A stretch of DNA of 64,000 bases from Haliotis cracherodii (taxonomy: Eukaryota), in the NCBI RefSeq assembly GCF_022045235.1, contig NW_027266266.1:47554001-47618000 (forward strand), given 5' to 3'. Positions within the stretch are counted from its first letter, which is position 1. Every line of letters starts with the position of its first letter. The position numbers and the translations under genes were made by a program. Positions 12,001 through 25,000 of the stretch are shown here, in pieces. A model generated the notes under the pieces. The model saw only the letters and a program-made list of their open reading frames with translations, was not told where the DNA came from and did no database searches.

Positions 12001-14676
12001 AAACTATCTACACCCTCCTTATGTTTTGTTCAGAGTGGGCTGTGTGATGGTAAAAGGCACACGAGTACAATATTTTAAGCAAAACTTCTGAATCGTGTAG
12101 TCAATAAAGATATCCATATATTTACCATTTGTATCAAACTTGCCAATAAACTCAATAATGACCTCAAGGGGTGAGAGTTCATGGTCGCCGTTAATGTCGG
12201 CGTCAGCAACGACCTTCTCGATGACGTTGTCAGCTGCCAGACTGTCCACGTTGCTGTGGATGCAGTGTTGTGGCCCCTGACTGTGGAGAGGAGATATGTA
12301 CAGACATGTAGACCTGGACATACTTCAAAATATGGCATCATGTTGCAATCTCAGTAAGATCAGATCTAAGTTAAAGATCCGCTCAACAAAGATCTGAGGA
12401 CACCCCATTACGGGTTACGCCAGAACGACCTTCCATCCGGCCAATCAGAGCCTCGCTCACCAGATCATGACAGTGACAGTCGGAATGCGTTTTCTAATCA
12501 TGCAGCCTCGAAACGGTCAACACGGGGTATTCCGAACTACAGCTACGGGCTTTAACGAATCCGTCAAAATCATCTCTCGCGTTAATGGAATTAATATTTA
12601 AACGGAAAGGAGGTACTGCCATACAATCTAGGCCATCTAATGGACATTTCAGAAGGTTCTTTTGTTCAGTTTTCGAATTTCGAATCGAGAACTTTGTCAA
12701 AATACTTTTCAAAGCCTTGTCGCCAGTTTGAAACTAGTGTTGTATTAGTTGCTTTCTAATTGGCTAATGTCGATTTCATGTTAGACATTTCATTGGTCGG
12801 TTAAAGTTCGCGAATGGTCGTTCTGACGCGATCTGTAATGGGATGTCAAAAGATCTTTGTTTTGCGGTAGTGCATTAAGTGCAGTATATGACATCATGCA
12901 TGATGCATTATATTAGTAGTGTATGTAGTGCAGTATGTAAAAACATGCATGACGCTTTATATTAGGCTTGGATGTAGGACAGTGTATGAAAGCATGCATG
13001 ACGCATTATCATATACTGATTCTGCTTATCTTACACTTGTTATATACTTGATTTCATTCATTGTTTGTGTATGGGGCTGTAATTTCCAGGCTCGACCCTA
13101 GCGCCACCAGTGGCTGTTACGAGTTATGTCCCTTCAATGTCCCTCCTACTGACCAATCTGATTCCATCTCTCATATCACTTGCATTTACTTTAAACAAAA
13201 TGGCGGCGCCCAGTCAAGACGATCTGATTTGTTTGTTTGTTGTTTAACGCCGCACAATATTCCAGCTATATGACGGTGGTCTGTAAATAATCGAGTCTGG
13301 ACCAGACAATCCAGTGATTGACATCATGAGCATTGATCCACGCAATTGGGATCAATAACATGCATCAGCCAAGTCAGCGAGCCTAACCACCCGATCCCGT
13401 TAGCTGCCTCTTAGTATAGTCGCCTTTTACGACAAGCATTGCTGCAGACCCATTCTACCCCGGATCTTCACGGGTCCAGGACGATCTGATTGATAATCAA
13501 GATCTATATTGTAATAAAACGGGTCTTACCCCGCGAAGTGCACCTTGATTAAAAGCTTGAAAAGTTTGCAAAATACCCGTCGACCGAAATCAGCACGTTG
13601 AAATCCATGTCGCTTACGAACCGGATGTGTAGTTCGATTTTGATTGGACTATGCATAGACTGGTTAGTCCAGCCGAAAAGTAACTCCATAATTACAGCCT
13701 AGTTCCGCAAAGGTGGAAACTTCCTTGCCTCGGGAAGATGGCAACGCGCGGAGAGCCAGTGGTCTGCTGACATGCTGGAAACTGGCATCAGTCAGCGTGC
13801 AGTCGCCAAAAAGTTCAATGTTTCTCAGTCTGTGATTAGTAGACTATAGAACGGGTACCAACAAATCCAAAATGTTGACGATGGACCCCGTTTAGGGCGT
13901 CCAAGGTCAACAACAGGAGCACAAGATCGATTGATCCAAAAGCAGGCTGTACGAAATCGAGCTCAATCAACAGCAAATCAAATTGCTGCAAACTTTTATT
14001 AGGCTACTGGAGTATGAATTACAGGTCAGACGATTAGACATCGTCTCCATACAGTTCATGTCCATGCTGGACGGCCACGTGTTGTGCCGCCCCCTACAAA
14101 TCGCCATATTGCCAACACACGGCAATGGTGTACACAACGTCGAAACTTGGGTAATCGTCGCTGGTTCCGATTCAGTCTGCACTTCCTTTGAAGGCGCGGT
14201 CGTATCAAGCGACATCGAAGTGAACGTCAAGCCAATATCAACCTGAAGGTGGCCAGGCCCTATAAGAGGAGTGGTAGCGACTCCCTCAAATCGCCATCAA
14301 AAGATTTCACTATTTCGCAATTCCTTATGTGAGACTTAGAACGTGCGAATCAACCATTTAACCTACTAATTCACACCTGTCGTTAAATGCTTCATACACA
14401 CGTCCCCCGTGAGAATTCCGGACAAGAATATTGCAGGCTCGGGGACTTGGTTGAGAGCGTGTCATCGAACCCAAACGGTGTGCGGATCGTTCTTCATAAT
14501 ATCGATCACTTGGGTGTCTGGTTCAGACTCAATTATTTACAGGCCGTCAAATAGCTGGAATATTGCAAACAACAAACACACAAAAAACACATTTACATAA
14601 TATGCTCATTATAAACCTAATTAACCACTCACCCGTACACGCCAACAGCGAGGAGAAGCGTTATAGCGAGGAACAT
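9058..14676 (-). CDS. Gene 2: secreted four-EF-hand protein, 151 aa. Exons 14633-14676, 12126-12280, 10880-11044, 10264-10310, 9058-9102
   Basis: All introns are GT-AG and the frame is continuous: MFLAITLLLAVGVYG QGPQHCIHSNVDSLAADNVIEKVVADADINGDHELSPLEVIIEFIGKFDTN GDSMITRREFVAKWHALYRDVPDFADYIFQHLDQTNDDFLGLFDFVPLQAIMDLD HDGKVSDVEFTIYLTH LYQDCVPFSHQNTA*. AATAAA at 8977-8982. Confidence 0.92.
10370..10745. repeat. Minisatellite (39-54 bp units, core ggtagtcatagaaacggaggata) in gene 2 intron 3
   Basis: Directly visible. Confidence 0.9.
11773..11950. mobile_element. Penelope-like pseudo-LTR inverted repeat with a degenerate hammerhead-like motif
   Basis: 29-bp inverted arms at 11773-11801 and 11866-11894. 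Minus strand reads TGC-TTGATAAA-GGTGT(taggatct)ACACC-GAAATGTC-GCA...AATAAA. Confidence 0.55.
12346..12870. mobile_element. Long-TIR MITE, older copy of the 44800-45299 element
   Basis: Colinear similarity over about 500 bp, including both TIR regions. Confidence 0.8.
13770..14245 (+). mobile_element. Decayed Tc1-like transposase N-terminal region in gene 2 intron 1
   Basis: Reads MLETGISQRAVAKKFNVSQSVISRL*...GPRLGRPRSTTGAQDRLI (paired-like HTH plus GRPR), then frameshifted TIRHRLH..HAGRPRVVP. Confidence 0.85.
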
Positions 14677-17235
14677 TGTCAGGGAGTACCGGTACTACAC
14701 TGCTGAGTTGTCTGTAAATGATGAAGTCAAGAAATCAAAGCACCCGCAGTCACATCTCAAAGCATCTAGAATTACGTTTAAAGGTCTTTATCATATTTAC
14801 CACACTTTGAGCGAAGACCACAATTGTTCGGATGGTGTAACGGCAGTTTGCAGTGAAGGAATTTACAGCTTTTATAATTATTTATCGCAAAAAAGTACAA
14901 AACCTGATCACCAAGCTTGAAAAATGTTCTCAGTGTAGTTGAATATGTGGCACAGATTGTCACGCACATGGTTACTTCCCATGGTCGGATGATTGATCCA
15001 GCTGATGTTCTCTTATCGTCCTATCTTCAACCAAGGGACGCAACAACCCTGCCGTGTTGGCCTTGAGACGTGGAGTGAAATACGAGATGGGCCATAAGAA
15101 ATGGATAATACAGAGACTACTTATTGATATTTTTTGCGTTTAAATAAGTTTATTTGTGTAAATTTAATTGAGCCTTGATTGTTCTGCAATGTATGCATTC
15201 CGTGACTGGAAGAGGGACAGACCGCACTTCCAAATTTATATACTATAGTTTACTGACGGAAAATAACTGTGCTTCATAAGTGGTGTGAATATTATGTTAT
15301 TGAAACTAATATTTGGTTATTCGTCTGATCAATGTTTTATCATATTAATAAATGACATTGACAAAACCCATACATGACACGTCCTAAAACGGGGGTGGTG
15401 GAACAACATGCCTACAGGCGAGGCAGTGACTGCAGATTATTGAAAACAGCCTAGGAGATGTTGTTTCAAATGTAAATCAAAGACTGCCCCAACTGAGCTT
15501 GTTTTATTCCCCGGATTCTCATCCTGTCGAAGGCCTCCTCCCATCCTATCCTATCCTATCCTATTCTGGGGAAGAGGCCAGGAGACACAGCCGGCCATGG
15601 CAGTACAGCAATGTTATGCAAGGGTGGGCGGGTTTCAGGTGCGACAAGCGCGTGATTTACCTACTTGATTATTTCATCGCCCCAAATGAAAAACGACACT
15701 TTTGTTCAGAGAGCTATTATCATTCCCTTTACAAGATAAAACTATTATGGTCAGCTAATTATAGCGCATGTTTCATAACCTTGGCTGATTTTGGCACAGA
15801 CAAACATAAACTTTACATTCAGTCCATTATGTTATTGTGGGAAGTCATTGCTGTGAATTTAAAAGGACGCCTAACCACCACAATATGTTAATTATAAGTT
15901 GTCCATCGGCCTCGAGGGGGACATGGGTTGATTAACTCTATGTTAGTTATTGTTAAACCCACGGACAACGATTTTATCTTACCGCACACCTAATTACATT
16001 GTAGGTATGTCTTATGCCTTTGAATCGGTAAGAGTACCACAGTTAGGCATTTATCCACTTCTAAACAAACTTGGATTTATTCCCTTAGATCTAGTTCATT
16101 CGGAAAATATCATACTTATCCAGAATGCCGTCTAACATATTTAATTCGTGATACAAAATTAAGGTTGTTATGTTGCAAATGTAATGTCAACAGTTCGGCA
16201 ATTCGAGCGGGGAACATAAAAAATGTAACTTACATGTCAGCTGGGTACACTGAAAATAATAAAATGGGTCTCAGCCAGTCAGAATTCGACATGCATGTGG
16301 AATGTAAGATAATAAGCATTACGTCGTCAAATTCACGCACCTGTCAGACGCTCTTGATAAAATCTCTTATTTCCACACAAGAATGCAGATATTCCAGTTA
16401 TATCACGGCGTGTCAGCTTAATGTGGGAGGAAAGCCCGAAGTGATGCAGGTCTAAGACGTTTACCACTTCGGTGAAACCCACAAGCACGGGTATGGTGCT
16501 GAAAAAACCTAGAAACATAATCGGGGCGAACCGGGATTCAAACCCACAATCATAGGTTTCTGGAGTGCCCAAGGGACGCAACTCTGCACAGCGAATCGCG
16601 GCGCCTTAGACGACTGGGCCACCCGTGCGCCCTGTGAATAGAGTGGAATGCTGGGAGAGGTTAAAAGACGTAAGCTCTGCAAGAGCCTCCGTGGTCTAAA
16701 GGTAGAGCGTACGCCAGGAGAGCGGATGGTCCGGGGTTCGATCCCCGACCGCCTCATACCAAAAGACGTTAAAAGATGGTACTTGTTACCCTGTCTGGCG
16801 CACGGCATTGAGGGGCTAAAACAAGGACTGGTCGGTTCGGAGTCAATATACTGTGTCTGAGTGGGGTATTCATGTTAAACTGCGGCATGGTATCTCAGTG
16901 GGCTAGCACTATAAATCGGCATCAGTCCGGACTAGTACAAGCAGCCACATACATACATACACGTGCATGCACGTCGCTATATAAGTGCAATAATCTTGGA
17001 CGCGACGTTAAACCCCATTTCTCCTCACCTCACCTCCCGAGGCAAGGGAGTAACCTGATCATAAAAGTCTGGTGGTTGCGGTGTGGTGACATCATGGTTA
17101 AAGTGCGAATTGGGCCAGCTTTGGCCAAAATGATCGACGATCTCATTCCCATGTATTTTGTGACAAGTTCAAATTCTTCTGCAAGAGCATTTGCTTTCTG
17201 ACTTTTTGTAATTCCCCAGAGTCTCCAATTACAGG

Positions 17236-17510
17236 TGGCACGGGTGGCCCAGTCGTCTAAGGCGCCGCGATTCGCTGTGCAGAGTTGCGTCCCTTGGGCA
17301 CTCCAGAAACCTATGATTGTGGGTTCGAATCCCGGTTCGCCCCGATTATGTTTCTAAGTTTGTCAGCACCATACCCGTGGGTTTCACCGAAGTGGTAAAC
17401 GTCTTAGACCTGCATCACTTCGGGCTTTCCTCCCACATTAAGCTGACACACCGTGATATAACTGGAATAATGTTAAAATCGGCGTTAAACCCAACTCACT
17501 CACACTCACC
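17236..17510 (+). mobile_element. SINE family C with a Leu/Ser-tRNA-like head and a V-domain-like body. Other copies at about 1580-1755(+), 3303-3572(-), 10075-10225(-), 16388-16632(-), 22528-22682(-), 29016-29288(-), 39495-39730(+)
   Basis: TGGCCCAGTCGTCTAAGGCG ... GTGGGTTCGAATCCC; body GTGGGTTTCACC...GGGCTTTCCTCCCACA; tail (ACTC)n; many near-identical dispersed copies. Confidence 0.85.
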
Positions 17511-18309
17511 AATTACCGGTAAAGACGATCAAATATTAGTTCCAATGATTGTTTTCACCCTGGACCAGATATTGGTTAATGGTGTTAATCAATTGATATT
17601 AAAAACATATCCTCGCCAGCCTATCAACAATACGCTGGAACATGGCTTGTTTTTTAGGAAAGTCAGCTAAATCACATGGTAGTGAAGAGTGACATTGTAT
17701 GTTTTTGTTCTTACGATGTTGGCCTTTTCACATTTGTCATTCCACCAAGGCGTTGGAGAGAATGTCGATTTCTTTCACAGATTCTATTCCAGTGGTCACT
17801 TCCGCAATTTTAATTATTTGAGTTGTGACATTTCCATTTGACATATCAACATCACCGTTTATAAGATCAGATGTGATGTGTTCAGAGCACCATACAAGAA
17901 AAAGTGCCCATTTAGCTTTCTTGAACTTCCACCAAGGGGCATTATCACAAGAAACACGAAGGTGTCAGGACCCAAATTTCAGCAAAAAGGGGAAATGGTC
18001 ACTACTTAACGCATCTTCTTGAAATACATCGCAGTTGTATTTCCTGGCTATTTACGAGGATATCATCGACAGATCTAAAGGTGAAAAGGTCCATTTGCCG
18101 AGTTCCATGTAGGTCGTTTTGTCATCATTTTTTTGGGACAAGGCCTATTTCATCCAAAATGTGTTCAACGGTTTGACCATTGTAATCCGTTTTGTTACTT
18201 CCTAAAGCACACTGTGGCGGTTAAAATCCCCACATATAAAATAAGGGCCTTCGTTGGGATCAACTTATTTCAGATATTCATCTAGGTTTGGTTTACCTGT
18301 ATTATGAAT

Positions 18310-19060
18310 ATACTCACCGACAAAAGAAACGCAAAAAACCCCACATCTGCTGGTTAATATATGAAGACTAACTCACATTCAAGACATATTAGATTGGTTC
18401 GATGCGCAAACGAACATACTGTTACGTTGTGGGAACCGATGATCATGAACGCATCACATGTGACGTCATAGATCCGTGACTCGAGTAGGGTTGCGACGGG
18501 TACTCGAGTACCCGATAACGGGTCAGGTAGCTTAGGACTCGAGTCCAATTTTCAGGACTCGAGTTTCCGTTCAGGGAAGATAACTCTAATCGCCTTTCGT
18601 AACTAGTAAGTCACTTCAAAATGGACGACAAAGCGGACAAACGTTCAAATGTTTTAGGTAAGCCATGCAGGCATTTAATAAAAAACATAATACCTTAGAA
18701 CAGATCAATAGATGTTTGATGACCTTTTATTCGCAAAAGCATTACAAACAAGTGGGACAACATTGAACTACGGGTACTCGAGTCCGGTTCGGGTATTGTC
18801 TGCCGGGTACTCGAGTTCAGTTTGCGTACCCGGTCGCAACCCTAGACTCGAGATGCACCCTTTGTCTCGTGCAAGATTAGCGTGTAAAGTTTGGAAAGAA
18901 TAAAGACACTCTGACACACTTGACCGATGGTTAGTTTTGTCATTAATCGGTACTCATCGGAGAAGATCTCTCTTAACGTGCATACTTCTCTATATGTTTC
19001 TATGTTCGCGTGTCTTTTGGTGGTGAGTATGTGAACAATAGAAATAGTTTGACTTAAGGA
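18310..19060 (+). mobile_element. Non-autonomous Tc1-like DNA element end; second copy inverted at about 43830-44022
   Basis: Starts TA-TACTCACCGACAAAAGAAACG, similar to the Tc1 terminus at 26538. About 170 bp aligns to the reverse complement of 43850-44022. Right boundary approximate. Confidence 0.6.
18486..18844. mobile_element. hAT-type MITE
   Basis: TIRs TAGGGTTGCGAC(C)GGGTAC and a perfect 8-bp TSD GACTCGAG at 18478-18485 and 18845-18852. Confidence 0.9.
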
Positions 19061-19558
19061 ATTTTTACTGCATTAGCCTCACACACTGTTTTTGGTAATT
19101 TGTGAACCTTATACGACAGATCAGATTAAATAAATATAGCACACCCGCCTTTTTGGTATTCCGATTGGTTGTTATAATGCCCCCATAGTCAATCCTGTCG
19201 AACACCAAGATAATCATTAATTCTGAAATGACTCCCTGGCCAAAGAAAAGTTTCCTGTACACAAATAACATTTTGCCGCTGAAACAAGGCGATTGGACTG
19301 ATCTTCCTTGGTAGTTGCATTAAGCATCCGGCAATCACCTTCAACAAGATCACTAGAAAGGTTTCAGGGGAAGTACCATGGATGGGACTGGCTACCTATG
19401 GAGTGTTGACTTGAGCTGTCACAGGAGGATTTGATTCTGACACTTGTAGCTTACATTTACAAACTCAGGTAGGGCTGGACCAAGATCTAGAGGTGACAAG
19501 AACAGGGCGGGATTCAACTGTTGTTTTAGTGGCTTGTAAAGAATTGGATTTTGAATTC

Positions 19559-19560
19559 TG

Positions 19561-19603
<43 letters not shown>
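19559..19603. repeat. (CAG)n microsatellite within LINE ORF1
   Basis: Directly visible. Confidence 0.95.
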
Positions 19604-19604
<1 letters not shown>

Positions 19605-22029
19605 TATAGGATAGGGTAGGAGTAGACTTAACCATACGAGTTGCTTCAGCAAAAGAGATTGTATTCTCTACTCGTACCTTTTTCACAGACACTGCCTCCT
19701 TGTATTCTTGAATACGCATCACTGTAGTTACCTCCACAATTACAACATCTGGAAATATTTTCCGAAAATAGTTTTCTTTTTTGTCCTCACCACTGCACCT
19801 AGGACATTTGATTTTTGTATGCATCGAGTTGCCACATGTCCAATTTCTGGCAGCTGTAACATCTGAAAGCTGGTGGGATGTAGAGGTGAAAGGACCGATG
19901 GTACATCCTGACACGGTCAGGCAAGTGTGGGTTGAAAATGTAAGAAGGATTGACGTAGTTATCTCCCTTTCTTTTCCATTCCATGCATAAGTCGTTGAGC
20001 ATGTTTGACCTTTTGACCCTTCAATTGCTCAACTATCTCATCCACATTCAACATTGTAAAAAACTCCCTGAGATTCACCAAGACTCTTTGAGATCGAACT
20101 CTTGACACGAAAGTCACAGATGCATGGATGCTACATTCAGAGCAAGGTTAAGTTGATCCGCCATCTTGCAGTGTGTCACCAAATCTCCCTTTTGCATATT
20201 TTCATGTGCTCCTCATCGCCAATGATTTTGAATATCTCGAGCCAAAGCAATTGGACTCGAGTTTGTCAAACGTAATCTCGGGTCAACAGAAGTACATGTG
20301 ACAACAAAATTGATTGGGAAGGCAAAAGTCACGCCATTCATAACACTGTCATCCTTGTGTTTGGGCTTCCAAAGTTTCAGATATCATAGACTCGTATCTC
20401 TCGGCAGATTCAGGATCCTCAAATGAGGTTGAATAAATATAATCATCCCCGCCCCCATCAGCGTCGCTTTCAATACCCAAATATATCTATCAGAGGCCAC
20501 GTGGTGCAAGAAGTCCGTGCGTAAGAATGAAATACACAAATATGACACAATAAACCAGTATTTGACACAAGTATTCCACAAGCACATATCTTAATGGCAA
20601 TACAGCCAGTATAAACCAAAATAATTGATATATATACAAGCAGCCGTTCACACGTCATCATATTATTGCAGTACTCGTAAACGCGGACCTGTGAAGATCC
20701 GGGGTAGACTAGGTCTTCAGAAATCCATGATTGCCGTAAACGACTATGCTTTTCGTAAGACACGACTAACGGGATCGGGTGGTCAGGCTCGCTGACTTGG
20801 TTGATGCATGTGATCGTATCCACATTGCGTAGATCCATACTCATGATGTCAATCACTGGATTGTCCGGTCCAGACTCGGTTAATTACAGACCGCGGTCAT
20901 ATAGCTGGAATATTGCTGATTGCGGCGTTTAACAACAAACAAACAAAACTCTTAAACGCGAAGTTAAACCGCTTCAATCTTAATGTAGATAGACGTATGA
21001 GCCAATGTTACTTAAGTTCCTTTGTAACATAACGTGGTAAGGCCTGAAGTGCTTTGCCTGTTATGTTTAAACGTTTTGAGCATGAACGAGAACTGTGCAC
21101 TGAGTACAGAAAGATGTGACCAGTCTGTGTGACGTAGCGAAATAGCAAAATAAGGAATATTTTGCACTTTCGTGTGCATGTTAGAGTAGAAAGAAACAGA
21201 ATGTATTGTCTATGTTGATTACAAAATCAAGGAAACCCCTAGCATTTCCGTTGTTCAATATTTAATGAAGAAGGAAGAATGTTTGTCCCATGCTGATTAC
21301 ATAATAANNNNNNNNNNNNNNNNNNNNNNNNNNNNNNNNNNNNNNNNNNNNNNNNNNNNNNNNNNNNNNNNNNNNNNNNNNNNNNNNNNNNNNNNNNNNN
21401 NNNNNNNNNNNNNNNNNNNNNNNNNNNNNNNNNNNNNNNNNNNNNNNNNNNNNNNNNNNNNNNNNNNNNNNNNNNNNNNNNNNNNNNNNNNNNNNNNNNN
21501 NNNNNNNNNNNNNNNNNNNNNNNNNNNNNNNNNNNNNNNNNNNNNNNNNNNNNNNNNNNNGATAGGCAGNNNNNNNNNNNNNNNNNNNNNNNNNNNNNNN
21601 NNNNNNNNNNNNNNNNNNNNNNNNNNNNNNNNNNNNNNNNNNNNNNNNNNNNNNNNNNNNNNNNNNNNNNNNNNNNNNNNNNNNNNNNNNNNNNNNNNNN
21701 NNNNNNNNNNNNNNNNNNNNNNNNNNNNNNNNNNNNNNNNNNNNNNNNNNNNNNNNNNNNNNNNNNNNNNNNNNNNNNNAGTCTTTCATTCAGGCCTCCC
21801 TCATTCAGTATTTCAAATACACCATGGTGGGTCAGCCCACCTGTCGCTTGATGCATAGCCATTTCCAACAGTGTACTGTACTTTTTACGAAAGATAATTA
21901 TCATGCAATGATTTTATAAATAATTACAAGGTGTTGAATTCATACTAGTACTTGTAGGGAAAGTGTAAGAAACATGTTGACAAGTTGGTTTGAAACATTT
22001 ATTTGTCAGAAGGCTACATGACGATCTTC

Positions 22030-25000
22030 TCAGACGGGAGCCTGGTGGGTCTGGACACACTCGTTGTAAGCCTGGAACAAGACCGGAAGTGAGTGAGTGT
22101 GTTAAAACTTAACGTCGCATCGGCATTATGTCAGCCATATGGCGACGAGAACAAATAAATATCTACCCAGTGAGTCATGAATACAAAGTTATATTGGAAA
22201 CCAAATCTGTCAAACGTATTTGGGCACAAAAATATTATTCATACAGTATAAAATACGGGCTACATGCAAGACCGGAAGTGTTGGGCTTAAGACCCACCGA
22301 TTTCGGCAGCTGTATATCATCATCGTCGTCGTCGTCGTCCTCGTTTATTATTATTATTATTATTATTATTACGTACGTTTTCCAGGAAAATGGTGAACTC
22401 CACGTCAGTGATCTTGCCGTCATCTGTAAAGGGAGACAACTATGTCATTCCTATTAATGCATAACATATTCATGACACCGTGGACCCTTGGACAGTTTGG
22501 GGCAGTCAGGTAGCCTCGTGGTTAAAGCCACGAGCACGGGTATTGTGCTGACAAACCTAGAAACATAATTGGGGCGAACCGGGATTCGAACCCACAATCA
22601 TAGGTTTCTGGCGTGCCCAAGGGACACAACTCTGCACAGCGAATTGCGGCGCCTTAGACGAATGGGCCACCCGTGCCCCCTGTAGCTGAGACACACTGTA
22701 TGTGGTCCTGGGTTTGGTGTCCATTCTTCGTCTGAAGATAAAATGTCCTTTGTGCACTTAAGGACATGTTTCTACGTATTTTTGTTATTAGGGTATTTGA
22801 AGTTTCATATTTTGAAGTACACTCTTTAAAAAAAGAAACTCACAGGTAGTATGTAGTTCACTGAACCTGACTACAAAAACAATCCGGTATATAGATTATA
22901 TATTATGTTATTGGAAAATGTTGGTAGCCTGATATTCGACAAACGGTGCGTCAAAACGTAGCCATTGTCGATTTGCAATCATGTCTTTCACACTTGTTAA
23001 GAAAATGTCATGGAGGAAAACAAAAGCAAAATGCACGTGCCGAGGAGATGCAGAGCCGTGCTGCTGCCCGGGGCGGTCACACGAGATACTGAGTTCAGCG
23101 CAACCTTGTGGCTTTATGTGACATGACAATGAACAGTTTTCAATGCCTTTGTACAACGACAACATGTGACTATAGAGCTCCAAAATTTAATATTTGTATC
23201 TATGATATTAAATTAAATATATCGACTTTATTAGGTACAATAAATTTACAAAAAATCTACCTGTGTGTTGTTGTTTTTTTTAACAGTGTACATCATGAAA
23301 CTTTAGGTGGTTTATATGAATTTAAAGGTTCCTAATTATTGCGTAATTTTATTGAATCAAAACACAATGGCGTCCGTGAAGGGGAGATAACTAATGAAAA
23401 CTGTAAAACTGTACCGTTAAAACTGGGATAAAAAAACTAATTATCAAAGCCCTAATATATCACATCAAAATGCCCAGGACTCACGGTTGATGTCGACCTT
23501 GCCCTTCAGTCCCATCACGTCAAACAGGCCAAGGCTGTCGTCGCCGTTGGTGTCGAACTTGGTGAAGATGAAGGCGGCGAAATCGGGAGCGTCGTGGTAG
23601 GTGGCGTGCCATTGTGTAACAAACTCAGACTTGGAGATGGACAGACTACCTGTGAGAGAGAATCGGACGACTGTTAGTGAGAGAGTTGAAGGCCACTTTG
23701 AAGAGTATGTCGGTTGTATCATGTTTGTTTGTTTTTTTGTTTTTTAACGCCGCAATATTCCAGCTATATGACGGCGGTCTGTAAATAATCGAGTCAGGAT
23801 CGGACAATCCAGTGATTGACATCATGAGCATCGATCCACGCAATTGGGATACGATGACATGCATCAACCAAGTCAGCGAGCCTGACCAACCGATCCTGTC
23901 AGTCGCCTCTTACGACAAGCATAGTCGTCTAACTACTATGTTAACTACTGTGGTGAACTCCACGAGCACTGGTATGGAGTTGACAACTCCATCAACACAG
24001 GGATGGTGCTAACACACCCAGGAACACGAGTATGGTGTTGACAAACCCATCAACACGGATATGGTGAAACGTTGAAAAACATGTCATGCGATTAAAATAG
24101 GTTCAACAAAGAATTTTCAATGTGTATTGAACATAACCTACCGTCGTGATCGAAGTTTGTAACGAACTCGTTGAGGATTTCCATGTCTTCGACGATGCCG
24201 TCATTGTTGGAGTCCATGTCTTTGAGTGCCTGTTGGACGACGACGTCGGCGGTGTGTTTCATGGTGTTGCTGTGGATGCACTTTGGGTTGCTCAGCTGGC
24301 TGCAAGAGTTTCATGGTGTTATACTTTAGCTTTACCAAGCCGGCTGGAAGAGTTACATGGTGTTATACTTTGGCTGTATCAAGCTCGCTGGAAGAGTTAC
24401 ACGATGTCATACTTTAGCTTTACCAAGCCGGCTGGAAGAGTTACATGGTGTTATACTTTGGTTGTATCAAGCTGGCTGGAAGAGTTACATGGTGTTATAC
24501 TTTGGCTGTATCAAGCTCGCTGGAAGAGTTACATGGTGTTATACTTTAGCTTTACCAAGCCGGCTGGAAGAGTTAAATGGTGTTATACTTTGGTTGTATC
24601 AAGCTGGCTGGAAGAGTTACATGGTGTTATACTTTGGCTGTATCAAGCTGACTGGAAGAGTTACATGGTGTTATACTTTGGCTGTATCAAGCTGGCTGGA
24701 AGAGTTAAATGGTGTTATACTTTGGTTGTATCAAGCTGGCTGGAAGAGTTACAAAATGTTTTCCTTTGCTTGTATTAAGCTGTCTGGATGAATTTCACAA
24801 TGATTTACTTTGGTTGTATTAAGCTGTCTGGAAGAGTTACATATCGTTTTACTTTAGTTGTATTATGCTGGCCGGAAGAGTTGAAATATGTTTTACTTTA
24901 GTTGTATTAAGCTGTCTGGAAGAGTTACACCATGTTTTAGTTTGGTTGTATCAAGCCTGCTGGAAGAGTGACAAAATGTTTTCCTTTGCTTGTAATAAGC

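Larger units (their letters stand above)
17650..20380 (-). mobile_element. Decayed I/Nimb-type LINE (ORF1 zinc knuckles plus APE endonuclease), interrupted at about 18310-19060
   Basis: ORF1 fragments LPDRVRM..YIPPAFRCYSCQK, KCPRCSG and KVRVENTISFAEATRMV. ORF2 fragments VICVQETFL, ICGDFNRHS, SSDHFPF and PWWNDKC. Many stops and frameshifts. Confidence 0.8.

Noticed and set aside
19419-19914. Poly-Leu signal-peptide-like and poly-Ala ORFs
   Set aside because: (CAG)n microsatellite inside a decayed LINE ORF1.
21239-21904. ORFs composed mostly of X (also 7069-7467 and 61877-62195)
   Set aside because: They span assembly gaps.
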